64,000 bases of DNA from an uncultured Alphaproteobacteria bacterium (lineage in GTDB: Bacteria > Pseudomonadota > Alphaproteobacteria > Rhizobiales > Rhodomicrobiaceae). The first letter of the stretch is position 1. The number at the start of each line of letters is the position of its first letter. Location of the stretch: NCBI GenBank assembly GCA_963764115.1, contig CAVXRT010000051.1, positions 5,125 to 69,124 of the forward strand, in the 5' to 3' direction. The position numbers and the translations under genes were made by a program. Under the pieces are notes generated by a model. That model ran no database searches. It worked only from the letters and a program-made list of their open reading frames with translations, and was not told where the DNA came from. Shown here one piece after another: positions 9,193 through 18,699 of this stretch.

Positions 9193-10427
9193 TGGCCTCC
9201 GTCATTGATTTTGAGGGCTGATTTTAAATCTCTGTCGCCTCAAAGCAGCGACGGAGGTGATTCGTGGCCGGGAAAAAGATCGCCGTTAAGAAATACGTTG
9301 TGAGGCTGAGCGCAGAGGAGCGAGAGCAGCTTGCGTCCCTGATCCGCTCGGGAAATCGGGCAGCGCAATTGCTGACGAAGGCGCGCATCCTCTTGAAGGC
9401 GGATGTCTCGGAGGCGGGCGAAGGCTGGAGCGACAGCCGGATCGCGGAGGCTCTGGACACCAGCGTCGCCACCATCGAGCGAACGCGACGGCACTTGGTG
9501 GAGGAAGGGTTCGAGGCGGCGCTGACGCGCAAATACAATCCGAACTCTGCCCGTCCCCGGATTTTCGATGGCGCTGCGGAAGCGAAATTGATCGCGCTGG
9601 CCTGTGGGCCTGCTCCGGCGGGCTACGCCAGATGGACTCTGAGCCTGCTCGAAGAGAAAGTCGTCGAACTGAACATCGTCGAGAAAGCCAGCGACAACAC
9701 CATTGGACGGACGCTCAAAAAAACATTCTCAAGCCGCACCTCAAACAGCAATGGGTAATCGCGCCCGAGGCCAGCGCGGCTTTTGTCGCCAACATGGAAG
9801 ACGTGCTGGAAGTCTATCAACGGCCGCACGATCCGCTGCGCCCAGTGGTGTGTCTCGACGAGACCTCAAAGCAAATGATCGTCGAGACGCGCCCCCCTCT
9901 TCCCGCTGCGCCTGGACGCAAAGCGCGTCACGATTACGAATACGAGCGCAACGGCGTGGCCAATCTGTTCATGATGTTCGCGCCGCTGGAAGGCTGGCGT
10001 CACGTCAAGGTCACCGACCGCCACGCCGCAATCGATTACGCTCACGCGCTTAGGGATTTGTCCGACACGCATTTTCCCGGCGCGGCGAAGATCGTGCTCG
10101 TGCAGGATAATCTCAGCACCCACAAGCCTGCTTCCCTCTACGAGGCCTTTCCGCCGTCCGAGGCGCGCCGCCTCGTCGAACGGTTCGAATGGCATTACAC
10201 ACCCAAACACGGCAGTTGGCTCGACATGGCCGAATCCGAACTCGGCGTTCTCTCAACCCAGTGTCTGGATCGCCGCATCCCCGACAAACAAACCCTGATC
10301 AGCGAAGTCGCCGCATGGCAAGACAATCGCAACACCCATCACGCCAAAGCCGACTGGCAATTCACAACCGCCGACGCCCGCATTAAGCTCAAAAGGCTAT
10401 ACCCTCAGTTCCAATGACTCGCGGCAC
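9192..10427 (+). mobile_element. IS630-family insertion sequence
   Basis: Imperfect TIRs (GTGGCCTCCGTCATTG / CAATGACTCGCGGCAC); TA duplication at 9190-9191 and 10428-10429; two-ORF transposase. Confidence 0.93.
9264..10417 (+). CDS. IS630 transposase, ORF A (9264-9758) plus ORF B joined by a -1 frameshift
   Basis: HTH N-terminal part; DDE motifs CLDE, VQDN and TPKHGSWLDMAE; A7 run at 9717-9723 in the overlap. Confidence 0.92.
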
Positions 10428-10524
10428 TAGGATAATTCGCTTATTGATTCCCGAAATGCGGCGTTGATAATATTCTCCCTATGCGGATGTACGACTATAA
10501 GAATCGAACCCTTCGCTTGACGCG

Positions 10525-10854
10525 GTGGCTCGGACTTTTCTCACCTGGTGTCCCATGCAGGATGTCGCATTAGATTTCCTTCGGCGCGTGCGTGCAATCA
10601 TTGAAGCTGCAGAGCGGGGCCTCGTCACAGAGGAAGAGCTGGTCTCTGCACGAAACTCGATGAATGACCTGCTTGAAATGGACTGGGTGATGCCGCGAGC
10701 CGTCTCGGAGGTCAGCATTCACTGGAAGATGATAGAGGAATGTCTCAGGACCATTCTTGAAGGACAGACTGACGCGCAGACCTCATCTGGAGAATTGGGA
10801 GCAGCTTGGAGCGCCTACCGCGACATTGAAGACGTGTTCAAGGAGCACCAATAA
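10525..10854 (+). CDS. Hypothetical helical protein
   Basis: 109 aa ORF with protein-like composition; no recognised motif. Confidence 0.5.
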   Translation: MARTFLTWCPMQDVALDFLRRVRAIIEAAERGLVTEEELVSARNSMNDLLEMDWVMPRAVSEVSIHWKMIEECLRTILEGQTDAQTSSGELGAAWSAYRDIEDVFKEHQ

Positions 10855-10886
10855 CAACGCTCATTTGGTAAAAGGCGCCGCCTGCG

Positions 10887-11084
10887 TCAGGCGGCCCAGC
10901 CCCAACGCCAGCGCCGCTCATTGCTCGAACGCATCTTGCTGGCGAGTTCGGCGATGCGCTCAAATCCGGCGGCGGCGGCGAGCGCGCGCTGCCTGATCCG
11001 CGGATCGGTTACCCTTCTGCTGAGCGCATGCATTTGTTTGGCATACTCGCGCCAGAGTTCTACGTCGTATAGGATGGATGACAT
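10887..11084 (-). CDS. Small hypothetical protein
   Basis: W..YA..M..L...VTDP..RQ..L..A..FERIA pattern resembles small helical-hairpin proteins common in Hyphomicrobiales. Confidence 0.55.
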   Translation of the reverse strand: MSSILYDVELWREYAKQMHALSRRVTDPRIRQRALAAAAGFERIAELASKMRSSNERRWRWGWAA

Positions 11085-11714
11085 GGCAACTGGTACTCGT
11101 GGACTGTAACATCGACGATTTTCCTATGATTTTATGAAAAATGTCTTGACTATAGCCGATGCGCCACGGACCGCGATTCAGGCCGCGCAGAATAAAATGG
11201 CAAGCGCTCCTCGAGCGCGCCCCCTGGATCTCTGCTGCTTACAATGGGGCAAACAAAAGAGCCCCTAGCGATTTAAGACGCTAGGGGCCTGGGCGACCGG
11301 AATAGGTTCCAAAGCTTATTGGAAAGATATTGGCGACTCGCCGACTGTGCTCAACACCTCTCCTGTTGCACTCAACGCTATTATCGAGCAGGCCGCTATG
11401 CAACAGCTACTGCATGCACGATCCAACGTTCCATTGGAATAGCTGCAAGAAAAGCACAGCTATGTGGATGAAATCGAAGCGACCCCGGCCTGCCCGTGGC
11501 TGCCGGGTGCGCCTTCGCATCGCCATGATGCACAGGATTGATTAGTCTCGCGGATGATTCCAGACAGGCTCATCCATCAGAGGAACGGCCAGCATGAGAG
11601 CAAAATTTGTGTCTCACAAACTTGAAAGGAAGGGGGGCTCTTTAATGGGAAAATAAGCAAGAGATCTTAGAGTGCGGCTTATGTTTAAGAGCGAGTGCCG
11701 GAGCGTCCAAAATC

Positions 11715-11915
11715 ATGATCCAGTTAGCCTTTATAGAACCGTTTACCTACAATGATCCCGAAACGGGTGACAGGATAGCGGTGTCAGTCTCGGATATGTA
11801 TACAAAGCTATCGGTGAACGATCGCGAATATTTTTTCGTTCGTGAAAACGGCACGTTCGACGGCACAGCGACGGCGAAACACAAAGGTCCTATTTTGGTT
11901 TACGCGGTGGAGTGA
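11715..11915 (+). CDS. Small hypothetical beta-rich protein
   Basis: 66 aa with GGAG RBS upstream. Confidence 0.55.
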   Translation: MIQLAFIEPFTYNDPETGDRIAVSVSDMYTKLSVNDREYFFVRENGTFDGTATAKHKGPILVYAVE

Positions 11916-12108
11916 ACGTGTCGATCTTCGCCGCCTCCCACTTACGAGCGCTTTCCTCGCTCTTGGCCCGCCCGACAATGACGAGCCGGCCATTCTCCCA
12001 CCGCTGTTTGTGCTCATGCTCGCGGCGCGCCGGGTCTCGCGTGATGCCGCTATGGACGATCGTGTTCCCAACCTTGAAGTCGTACGTGTAGTAGACCCGC
12101 TTCTTCAT
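11890..12108 (-). CDS. Minimal GIY-YIG-like protein
   Basis: YYTY...HSGITRDPARREHEH...A..WE matches the GIY-YIG core; GAGG RBS. Confidence 0.6.
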   Translation of the reverse strand: MKKRVYYTYDFKVGNTIVHSGITRDPARREHEHKQRWENGRLVIVGRAKSEESARKWEAAKIDTFTPPRKPK

Positions 12109-12326
12109 GTATTGACCTCGGCGTCGAATCGGATGGGCGGATCATGGCGTGATTCGCGTCGCGTTGGTCAATCAACAATCAGCCTGCGAAGGATCGGGGA
12201 ATCACCCCCATCCCGCGCTAAATCTTCGGCTGACCCGAAGAGCACAGTTCCGGGCTCCCGCCTGATGCGGGCTGGCGGATAAGGAATGCCGGTGCGGCCG
12301 ACGCAAACACTGGCTCACCCAAAGGC

Positions 12327-12614
12327 TTACCTGCCGCTTGTTTCAGGATTGCGATCGACCCAGTCTGCGATGACAGACCGATGGAACAGACGCACGAAAC
12401 CGCAATCGGCGCATGTAAGTATGAAAAGACCAAACATATCGGCGCGGCCGATATCGTAGCCACCGAATTTGAAGCCGGGCAGGGCAAAGTGCAGGTTCCC
12501 GCCCGCCTCATCGACCAAATCGCACTTGTCATGACCGCATGACGGGCAATTGCGCGATATGCTTTTGGCTTCCAGAAATCGAATGGCGTCCGACAAGTTG
12601 ATGGGTTTCACCAT
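12327..12614 (-). CDS. Small zinc-ribbon protein
   Basis: CPSCG and CADCGF Cys pairs. Confidence 0.65.
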   Translation of the reverse strand: MVKPINLSDAIRFLEAKSISRNCPSCGHDKCDLVDEAGGNLHFALPGFKFGGYDIGRADMFGLFILTCADCGFVRLFHRSVIADWVDRNPETSGR

Positions 12615-13268
12615 TCTGCGCTCTCCGCCCGGCCGCCAAGAAAACTCCCGCCAAGGCGGGCTCGATAAGTCAGGAACGCTGACTCACCGCGATCATCGCT
12701 GAAAAGCTCGCAAACGAAAACGCCATTTTCATTGTCGTGAAGAAGGCGACCTGCGATGTCGCGTAGCAACCCGCAAAAATCGCGTCCATCACCGGCCATG
12801 AACGGGCCGCCAACCGCGCCAAGCTTGAGACCTGTAAGCCCAGCGGACTTTTCCCCAGTTGCGAGATGGACGTGGAACGGTACGAAAGACCCTCCAGGTT
12901 CGGGCGACCTTCGGTCGTTAAGAAAGGTTAATTTAACGCGCCCCATCCCCTGGAAGCGTCTGTCTGTTGGTGAAAATGAGCGTCTTCTCGCCTCTCTTCG
13001 AACCTTACTTTCGCCTCCCGCACGACGAGCGGGCCGGAGAAATTCCGGGTGGGATGTTTTGCGATCGCTCCGGGGAGGCCAGCTCCCCGTATTTGGCGCC
13101 GCGGCAGGCTCTCTTTGGAGACAGGCCGCATAGCCCAAAGCGTTTTCACGTTGGGGTGCGGGGATCGTCAATCGCCGCAAGGGAGCCCGCGCAACCGGGC
13201 TGCAGTGATCCCGCGGGCCGGAAATCTCAAAGCCGCTTCTCTCCGATACCAAATGGAAGGAAACCGAA

Positions 13269-14258
13269 ATGTCGATCTCTGTCGGCTCAAAGTATCAGTA
13301 CACGTGGCTGCCGCAGCCGTCTCAAAACGCGGCCGGAAACCAAACCGGCGGCATCTCTCAATGGAGCCAGGCATGGTCGGCGAGCATTAGCAGCCCATCG
13401 TCAACGTCGACGACAACATTGGATTCGCCGAGCACCCCTGTTTCCAATGGGTTTCTCCACTCGCTCGTGAACCTCGCTGATTCCAACGGTGGCGGATCCG
13501 CCGGCGGCTCGCCTCAGGGCGCAAACGCCGGCTCGACATCTCTGCCCTACGATCCGTTCACGACGTCCTTGCAGAACGCCAGTTTCACATCAAACTTGCC
13601 ATCCAATTCCACGTCCTCAAGCGGCCCGACAAGCGTGGGCGCAGCGATCGAAGCGCTGCAAAAGGATTTGAGCAGCCTTGCGTCGGATCTCCTTTCGGGC
13701 GGCTCGTCGTCTTCGACAAGCGCGGCTTCCACCTCTTCAACGCCGGCAATCGGGGCAAAACTCGGCACGCTTGGGAGTGATCTGAAGTCATTCTTTGAAG
13801 CCTTGCAGGCGCAAATCCCAGGCGGCCTAACCCCTCCGGCCGCAAGCGCCAGCTCCGCGTCGAACTCCACATCCACCTCTGCGTCATCAAGCGATCCGAC
13901 AAGCCTGAGCGCGGCGATCGAAGCGCTGCAAAAGGATTTCAGCGCCCTTGCGGCGGGCTTTTCCTCCTCCGGCTCGTCTTCGACAAGCTCGTCAGCCGCC
14001 TCTTCAACGTCGACGATCCGCCCTCAACTCGACACGTTATGGAATGATCTGAATTCATTCTTTGCAGCGTTGCAGGGGCAAACCGGGCAAACCGCAAGCG
14101 TCTGGTCAGCGGCCTTGGCTCCTTCCGCTACGCCCGCATCATCCGTATGGGCCAGCGCAACCAGCACAACCACCTCAACCAGTTCGGACGCCCATCATCA
14201 TCATCAAGACCAAGCTCCAGCCGCAACGCCTAACGATGGAACTTCCGTCAGTAGCTAA
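13269..14258 (+). CDS. Ser/Thr-rich low-complexity protein with duplicated helical repeat
   Basis: GGAAGGA RBS; ~63 aa unit (PTS.GAAIEALQKD...DL.SFF.ALQ.Q) repeated at 270 bp spacing. Confidence 0.75.
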   Translation: MSISVGSKYQYTWLPQPSQNAAGNQTGGISQWSQAWSASISSPSSTSTTTLDSPSTPVSNGFLHSLVNLADSNGGGSAGGSPQGANAGSTSLPYDPFTTSLQNASFTSNLPSNSTSSSGPTSVGAAIEALQKDLSSLASDLLSGGSSSSTSAASTSSTPAIGAKLGTLGSDLKSFFEALQAQIPGGLTPPAASASSASNSTSTSASSSDPTSLSAAIEALQKDFSALAAGFSSSGSSSTSSSAASSTSTIRPQLDTLWNDLNSFFAALQGQTGQTASVWSAALAPSATPASSVWASATSTTTSTSSDAHHHHQDQAPAATPNDGTSVSS

Positions 14259-14334
14259 AGCAGAGACAGGCTACGCAGCTTCTCTACTGTCCAGGATGGA
14301 GCGAATTCGTCGCCAAGAAACGACCCATTAGACT

Positions 14335-14832
14335 TTATTGCAGTTCGTCGTCCTTCAGCGAGACGAAGATGAGCACGCCAAGCATCGTGGTAGCGGCGCG
14401 AAATGCGCTCGGGACGCCGTTCCACTGTTGGGCTTGCCACATTCCGAACCATTCGCCAGCAAGAGCCACAAAACCACCCTCGTAAAGCAAAAAACCTAGC
14501 GTAAGCGCCACCACGGCGCTGCTCTTAGCCTTTTGAAATGACGGGGCTGGTGCTTTGCGCTGCCTTGCCATCGATATCGCGCCTTTGGCGGCCAAAGCGG
14601 TGATCGCAATCTCTGTGGCGATGATAAGCAGGTAGATCGCGTGATGCAGAGTGACCGAAGTGATCGCCCGCCAGTGTATGGAGCTCTCCTTAGGGATCTG
14701 GTCCATATCAAGGACGTGAGTGACGAAGGCGAAGTTTGTCCAATAATCAGCGACATTACCAAAGGACACGACCCCTGCGTAAAGGGCCAGGGCAGCAACG
14801 CATGCGGTTTTGGCAAGGCGCAGGGTCAACAT
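14335..14832 (-). CDS. DUF2165-family integral membrane protein
   Basis: GN..DY.TNFAFV.HVL.MD and GEWFGMWQ...WNG..SAFR motifs. Confidence 0.9.
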   Translation of the reverse strand: MLTLRLAKTACVAALALYAGVVSFGNVADYWTNFAFVTHVLDMDQIPKESSIHWRAITSVTLHHAIYLLIIATEIAITALAAKGAISMARQRKAPAPSFQKAKSSAVVALTLGFLLYEGGFVALAGEWFGMWQAQQWNGVPSAFRAATTMLGVLIFVSLKDDELQ

Positions 14833-15172
14833 GAAGTGTGGTGGATAATCAGTTCATATCGGGTCCGTCAGAAAGATGACTAACGCATCTTCGCAGGCGA
14901 TACCACCGCCTTTCCTGTCGGGGCGCTTCAAAAATTACAGCATTTTGCTAAATCTGGACCGCAGGATGATGAGCTGCGAGAATACATCCGCCAATCGCAT
15001 TTTATCGTAGATCGAGGATTGTCAAAGCCGAGCTTGCACTCGGTTGAACTCCAACCTGTCACTCGGCTTTGGATATACCGGCGGCTCTCTGCTCCTCCTC
15101 GCCTGCCTGCTCGCGACGCTCGGGCTTTGGTATGGGTCGGAAGGGACGCGATAATCGTGCAACGCGTGCTCC

Positions 15173-16630
15173 TCAGACGGGAGATGGAAGCGACGGTGGG
15201 CCGGCTTCGTTTACAAACGACCCACCCGGCCCGGCCGTTGCAGCGCCGTCTGGGACAAGCTTCTCGCGCAGGCTCACGACAGTGCCGAGGATGATGATCG
15301 CGGGTCCATGCAGATCCGCGCTCGCGGCCAGTTCGGGGAGCGTTTCGACCGTGCCGGTCACGACCCTTTGGTTGGGTCTCGTGCCGTTGTCAATGATGGC
15401 GGCAGGCAGATGCGGATCGCCGCCATGCGCCATGAACTCCTTCATCAAGCTCGCAAGCTTGCCCAATCCCATGAAGATGACGACGGTTTGCCGCGGCTGA
15501 ATAAGCGTGGTCCAAGCGAGGCTCAAACCGTCGCCGCGGGAGTGGCCCGTGACGAAGACGCAAGCCTGGGCGTGGTCGCGATGGGTGAGCGGTATGCCCG
15601 CGTAAGCCGCGCAGCCCGTTGCGGCGGTCACGCCGGGCACGACCTGGACGGGGATGCCTGCAGCCGCCAGCGCTTCGATCTCTTCGCCGCCGCGGCCGAA
15701 CATGAAAGGATCGCCCCCCTTCAAGCGCAAGACGCGCTTGCCTTGCTTCGCCAGTTCGACGAGCCGGGCTGTGATCGCTTCCTGGGGCAGGATGTGATCG
15801 TCCGGGAGCTTGCCGACATAGAGGTGCTCGGCCTCGCGGCGGACGAGATTGAGGATGCCGTGAGGCAAGAGGCGGTCATACAGAACGGCATCGGCGCGCT
15901 GCATCAAGCGCAGAGCGCGGAACGTAAGGAGATCCGGGTCGCCCGGCCCGGCGCCGACAATATAGACTTCCCCACGCTGCTGGCTTCCTTCGCCACTGGC
16001 GGCGCGCGCGAGGGCGCCTTCGAGTTCGACCCGCGCCTCGGCCTCGCGGCCCGAAAGAAAACGGTCGGCCACGCGGCCTTCAAGGACGCGCTCCCAGAAG
16101 TGGCGGCGCGCCGACTGATCCTTGAGCGCCGCGGCAAGGCGCTCGCGATAGGAGCCCACAAGCGAAACGAGGCGCCCGTAGGCTGCGGGGATCACGCTTT
16201 CGAGCCGCGCCCGGATCATTCGCGCGAAAACAGGCGATGCGCCGCCGGTCGAGATGGCGATCACGAGCGGATCGCGGTCCACGATGGACGGCATAATGAA
16301 ATCGCAAAGCTCGGGCGCGTCCGCAACATTGATGGGAACGCGTGCCTGTTTGGCGAGAGACCCGGCTTCGCGGTCGGCGGCAGGGTCGCCGTGGGCGGAG
16401 AACATCAAGGCGCAACCCCGAATGTCGTCGAGCGTAACGGCGCGAGCGATATGGGCGAAACCCTCATGCACGGCGATGGGGCGGAAATCATCGCTCAACG
16501 TCTCGGCGAAGACGCGCACCTTCGCTCCGGCTCTCAAGGCGAGTTCCGCCCGGCGCGCCGCGACGACGCCGCCTCCCGCGACTGCAACCGGCTTGCCTTT
16601 GATCTGATAGAAAATCGGAAGCTGTTCCAC
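15173..16630 (-). CDS. cysG: Siroheme synthase CysG
   Basis: N-terminal dehydrogenase/chelatase (GGGVVA, NVADAPELCDF, ISTGGASP) and methyltransferase (VGAGPGDPDLLT, RLKGGDPFMFGRGGEE). Confidence 0.97.
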   Translation of the reverse strand: MEQLPIFYQIKGKPVAVAGGGVVAARRAELALRAGAKVRVFAETLSDDFRPIAVHEGFAHIARAVTLDDIRGCALMFSAHGDPAADREAGSLAKQARVPINVADAPELCDFIMPSIVDRDPLVIAISTGGASPVFARMIRARLESVIPAAYGRLVSLVGSYRERLAAALKDQSARRHFWERVLEGRVADRFLSGREAEARVELEGALARAASGEGSQQRGEVYIVGAGPGDPDLLTFRALRLMQRADAVLYDRLLPHGILNLVRREAEHLYVGKLPDDHILPQEAITARLVELAKQGKRVLRLKGGDPFMFGRGGEEIEALAAAGIPVQVVPGVTAATGCAAYAGIPLTHRDHAQACVFVTGHSRGDGLSLAWTTLIQPRQTVVIFMGLGKLASLMKEFMAHGGDPHLPAAIIDNGTRPNQRVVTGTVETLPELAASADLHGPAIIILGTVVSLREKLVPDGAATAGPGGSFVNEAGPPSLPSPV

Positions 16631-16768
16631 GGCCTATGCTTTCTCTTCCGGGCCGGTCACGCGCTCAGCCCATTGCGTCATCGTTTTCGCCCATGCGAGC
16701 AACGAGGTAACCTCGGGATGTGCGATGATCATGTCGCTGATTAAAGCCATGCTTTTCTCATTGGTTTG

Positions 16769-17090
16769 CTAAACGCCGATCCGGTCATGGTAACGCACGC
16801 GATAGAAGAGCCGCCCCTTGCCGTCCGTGGCTTCGGCGAATCCTGGGCGATTGTGCAGAATGTTATTGCAAATGATGCCTTCGCCAGGGCGCAGTTTGTA
16901 GCGGACGATAAGTGGATCGCTTTCCAGCGCCTTCACGGCCGCTTGTGTCGCGGCGTCTTGCAGCCACATCACGTGGCGCTTCCGGGCGGTGTAGCGCTGA
17001 CGAGCGACTGGATTTTAGGGTCAATGAAGTAGACTGGCCCAGCGTTGTCGGGCCTTGGACCTCCGGCGCCGTCTTCTCCCAAGATTGTCA
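16769..17090 (-). pseudogene. Fragment of a TauD/TfdA-like dioxygenase
   Basis: C-terminal LRPGEGIICNNILHNR.GF...RLFYRVRY; the upstream RP..AGPVYFIDP segment is in another frame; N-terminus absent. Confidence 0.7.
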
Positions 17091-17295
17091 TTGGCGTCGG
17101 CGTGCATGAGCGCTTAGATGAAAGCCGGAAGCGGTCACGCAAGCGGATGTCCGGCCTTGTGCGCCTTGCGGGGCGTCTGCTCATGCTGCTTGGTGTGTTA
17201 TTCCTGGCGTTTCAGGTGGCGGGTCGGCCAGGCGCTTCTTGTTCCGCATAGTGCGCGCCATTCGCTTGCCCCATTGATTGGGGTCGCCGAAGGGC

Positions 17296-18000
17296 TCAGG
17301 TTCCCACGATCTGTCGAAGCTTGACGATATCGCAGGAAAAGCGGTTCGGGCTGTATTCGTGGATCAGGTCTTGACGCTTCAGTTCCGCCATCGTCCGGCT
17401 CGCGGTTTCGGTGGTCAACCCTAGAACCGCGCCTAAATCTTCGCGGCTGAAAAGGCTGCAGGAATCGCCTGTTTCCAGTTCGGAAAGCCAAAGAAGCAGA
17501 CGGATGGCGCGTTCGCGGGCTGTCCCGGTTGAAAGCTCGGTAATCCAGCGGTCGGAGTTGCTTAGAGCGCGATACCAATGCGCCATGAGTGTGTGGAAGA
17601 GCCGCTGATTGCTGCCCAACAGGCGCTTCACGCACGCAGCCGGGAGCCGGCAAACTTCGGTCGACCGAAGCGCAATGGCGGTGTGCTGGTACACCTCGGT
17701 TTGCATGCATTCGAGCCCCAAAATGTCGGTCTTTCTAAGGAGCCGCACAATCCGCTGGCACCCATCTGGAAGGTAGTGAGTCAGCTTCACAAGCCCCGTA
17801 CGAATGGTGAAGAGGGATACGCCTTCTTCGCCGGTCCGGTATATCGTCGCGCCCGCCGCATAATGGAGCTGGTCGATGGGCTGGTGAATTTCATTGAAGT
17901 CCCGTTCCTCCAATCCGGCGAAGAGGACCGACTGTCGAATGTTGCAGTTGAGGCAATCGGCGACGCCTGTCCAGGCCTCGCCGGATGTGACCGGGTTCAA
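17296..18000 (-). CDS. Crp/Fnr-family transcriptional regulator with N-terminal Cys cluster
   Basis: CLNC.IR, cNMP-binding-like domain and HTH SREDLGAVLGLTTETASR. Confidence 0.92.
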   Translation of the reverse strand: MNPVTSGEAWTGVADCLNCNIRQSVLFAGLEERDFNEIHQPIDQLHYAAGATIYRTGEEGVSLFTIRTGLVKLTHYLPDGCQRIVRLLRKTDILGLECMQTEVYQHTAIALRSTEVCRLPAACVKRLLGSNQRLFHTLMAHWYRALSNSDRWITELSTGTARERAIRLLLWLSELETGDSCSLFSREDLGAVLGLTTETASRTMAELKRQDLIHEYSPNRFSCDIVKLRQIVGT

Positions 18001-18066
18001 TGCGCGCGCCTTTTGAGCTTCATTCCTTATTCCACACTGTGCGTGCCAAAGCTCATCCTATGGCGA

Positions 18067-18086
18067 TCATTGCGCATTCGCAATGA
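18067..18086. promoter_or_regulatory. Crp/Fnr-type palindromic operator
   Basis: TCATTGCG-catt-CGCAATGA (TTGCG-N4-CGCAA core) between the divergent regulator and the NifX-like gene. Confidence 0.7.
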
Positions 18087-18164
18087 CGAGAAAGGCTCAT
18101 CGCGGTAGGGCTTTTTTTAGGCGCTCAGTCGCTTCGCGAAACTCCCTCCAAAAAGGTCACACGC

Positions 18165-18548
18165 ATGAAGATTGGCGTCACCAGCCAAAATTTTCGCACC
18201 ATCACCGCGCACGCAGGAAAAGCGCGCCGGTTCATGATCTTTGAAGCCTCGGATGGTCGCGCTGTTCCAACGGCCGAGCTGAATCTGCCAAAGGAAATGA
18301 GCATCCACGAGCACCCGTGTCAGGCGCCGCATCCCATCGATGGTCTTGATGTCCTGATCACCGGTAGTTGCGGAGAAGGTTTCTTAACAAAGCTTGCGGA
18401 GCGGGGCATCCGGGTAATCCTGACAAGCGAAACCGATCCACTGACCGCCGTCGTCGCGGTGGCGTCGGGAGCGTCTCTTCCCCCGCCCATTGCCGAAGAA
18501 GACGATCACGACGATTGCCAATGCCACTGTGCTGCGGGCGCCCGGTAG
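18165..18548 (+). CDS. NifB/NifX-family metallocluster-binding protein
   Basis: MKIGVTSQNFRTITAHAGKARRF...HPIDG.DVLIT.SCG.GF...L..RGI; acidic His/Cys tail. Confidence 0.85.
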   Translation: MKIGVTSQNFRTITAHAGKARRFMIFEASDGRAVPTAELNLPKEMSIHEHPCQAPHPIDGLDVLITGSCGEGFLTKLAERGIRVILTSETDPLTAVVAVASGASLPPPIAEEDDHDDCQCHCAAGAR

Positions 18549-18699
18549 GTTTTCTGCCGGTCTGGAGCGGCGGCTGCCACAATGCGCCGCTGCTCCCACT
18601 GAGAGTGCGTGGCGAGTGAGTGCGAACTTGCCTCGCCTTCGTCTTGGTGGGAGCCTGGGGCCGACCTATTGAGGCGCCCCCGCAGGCAGCATTCCCGAT

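Noticed and set aside
12608-13252. 214 aa ORF upstream of the Zn-ribbon gene
   Set aside because: Arg/Pro-rich composition typical of non-coding frames; only the last ~63 codons might be real and support is insufficient
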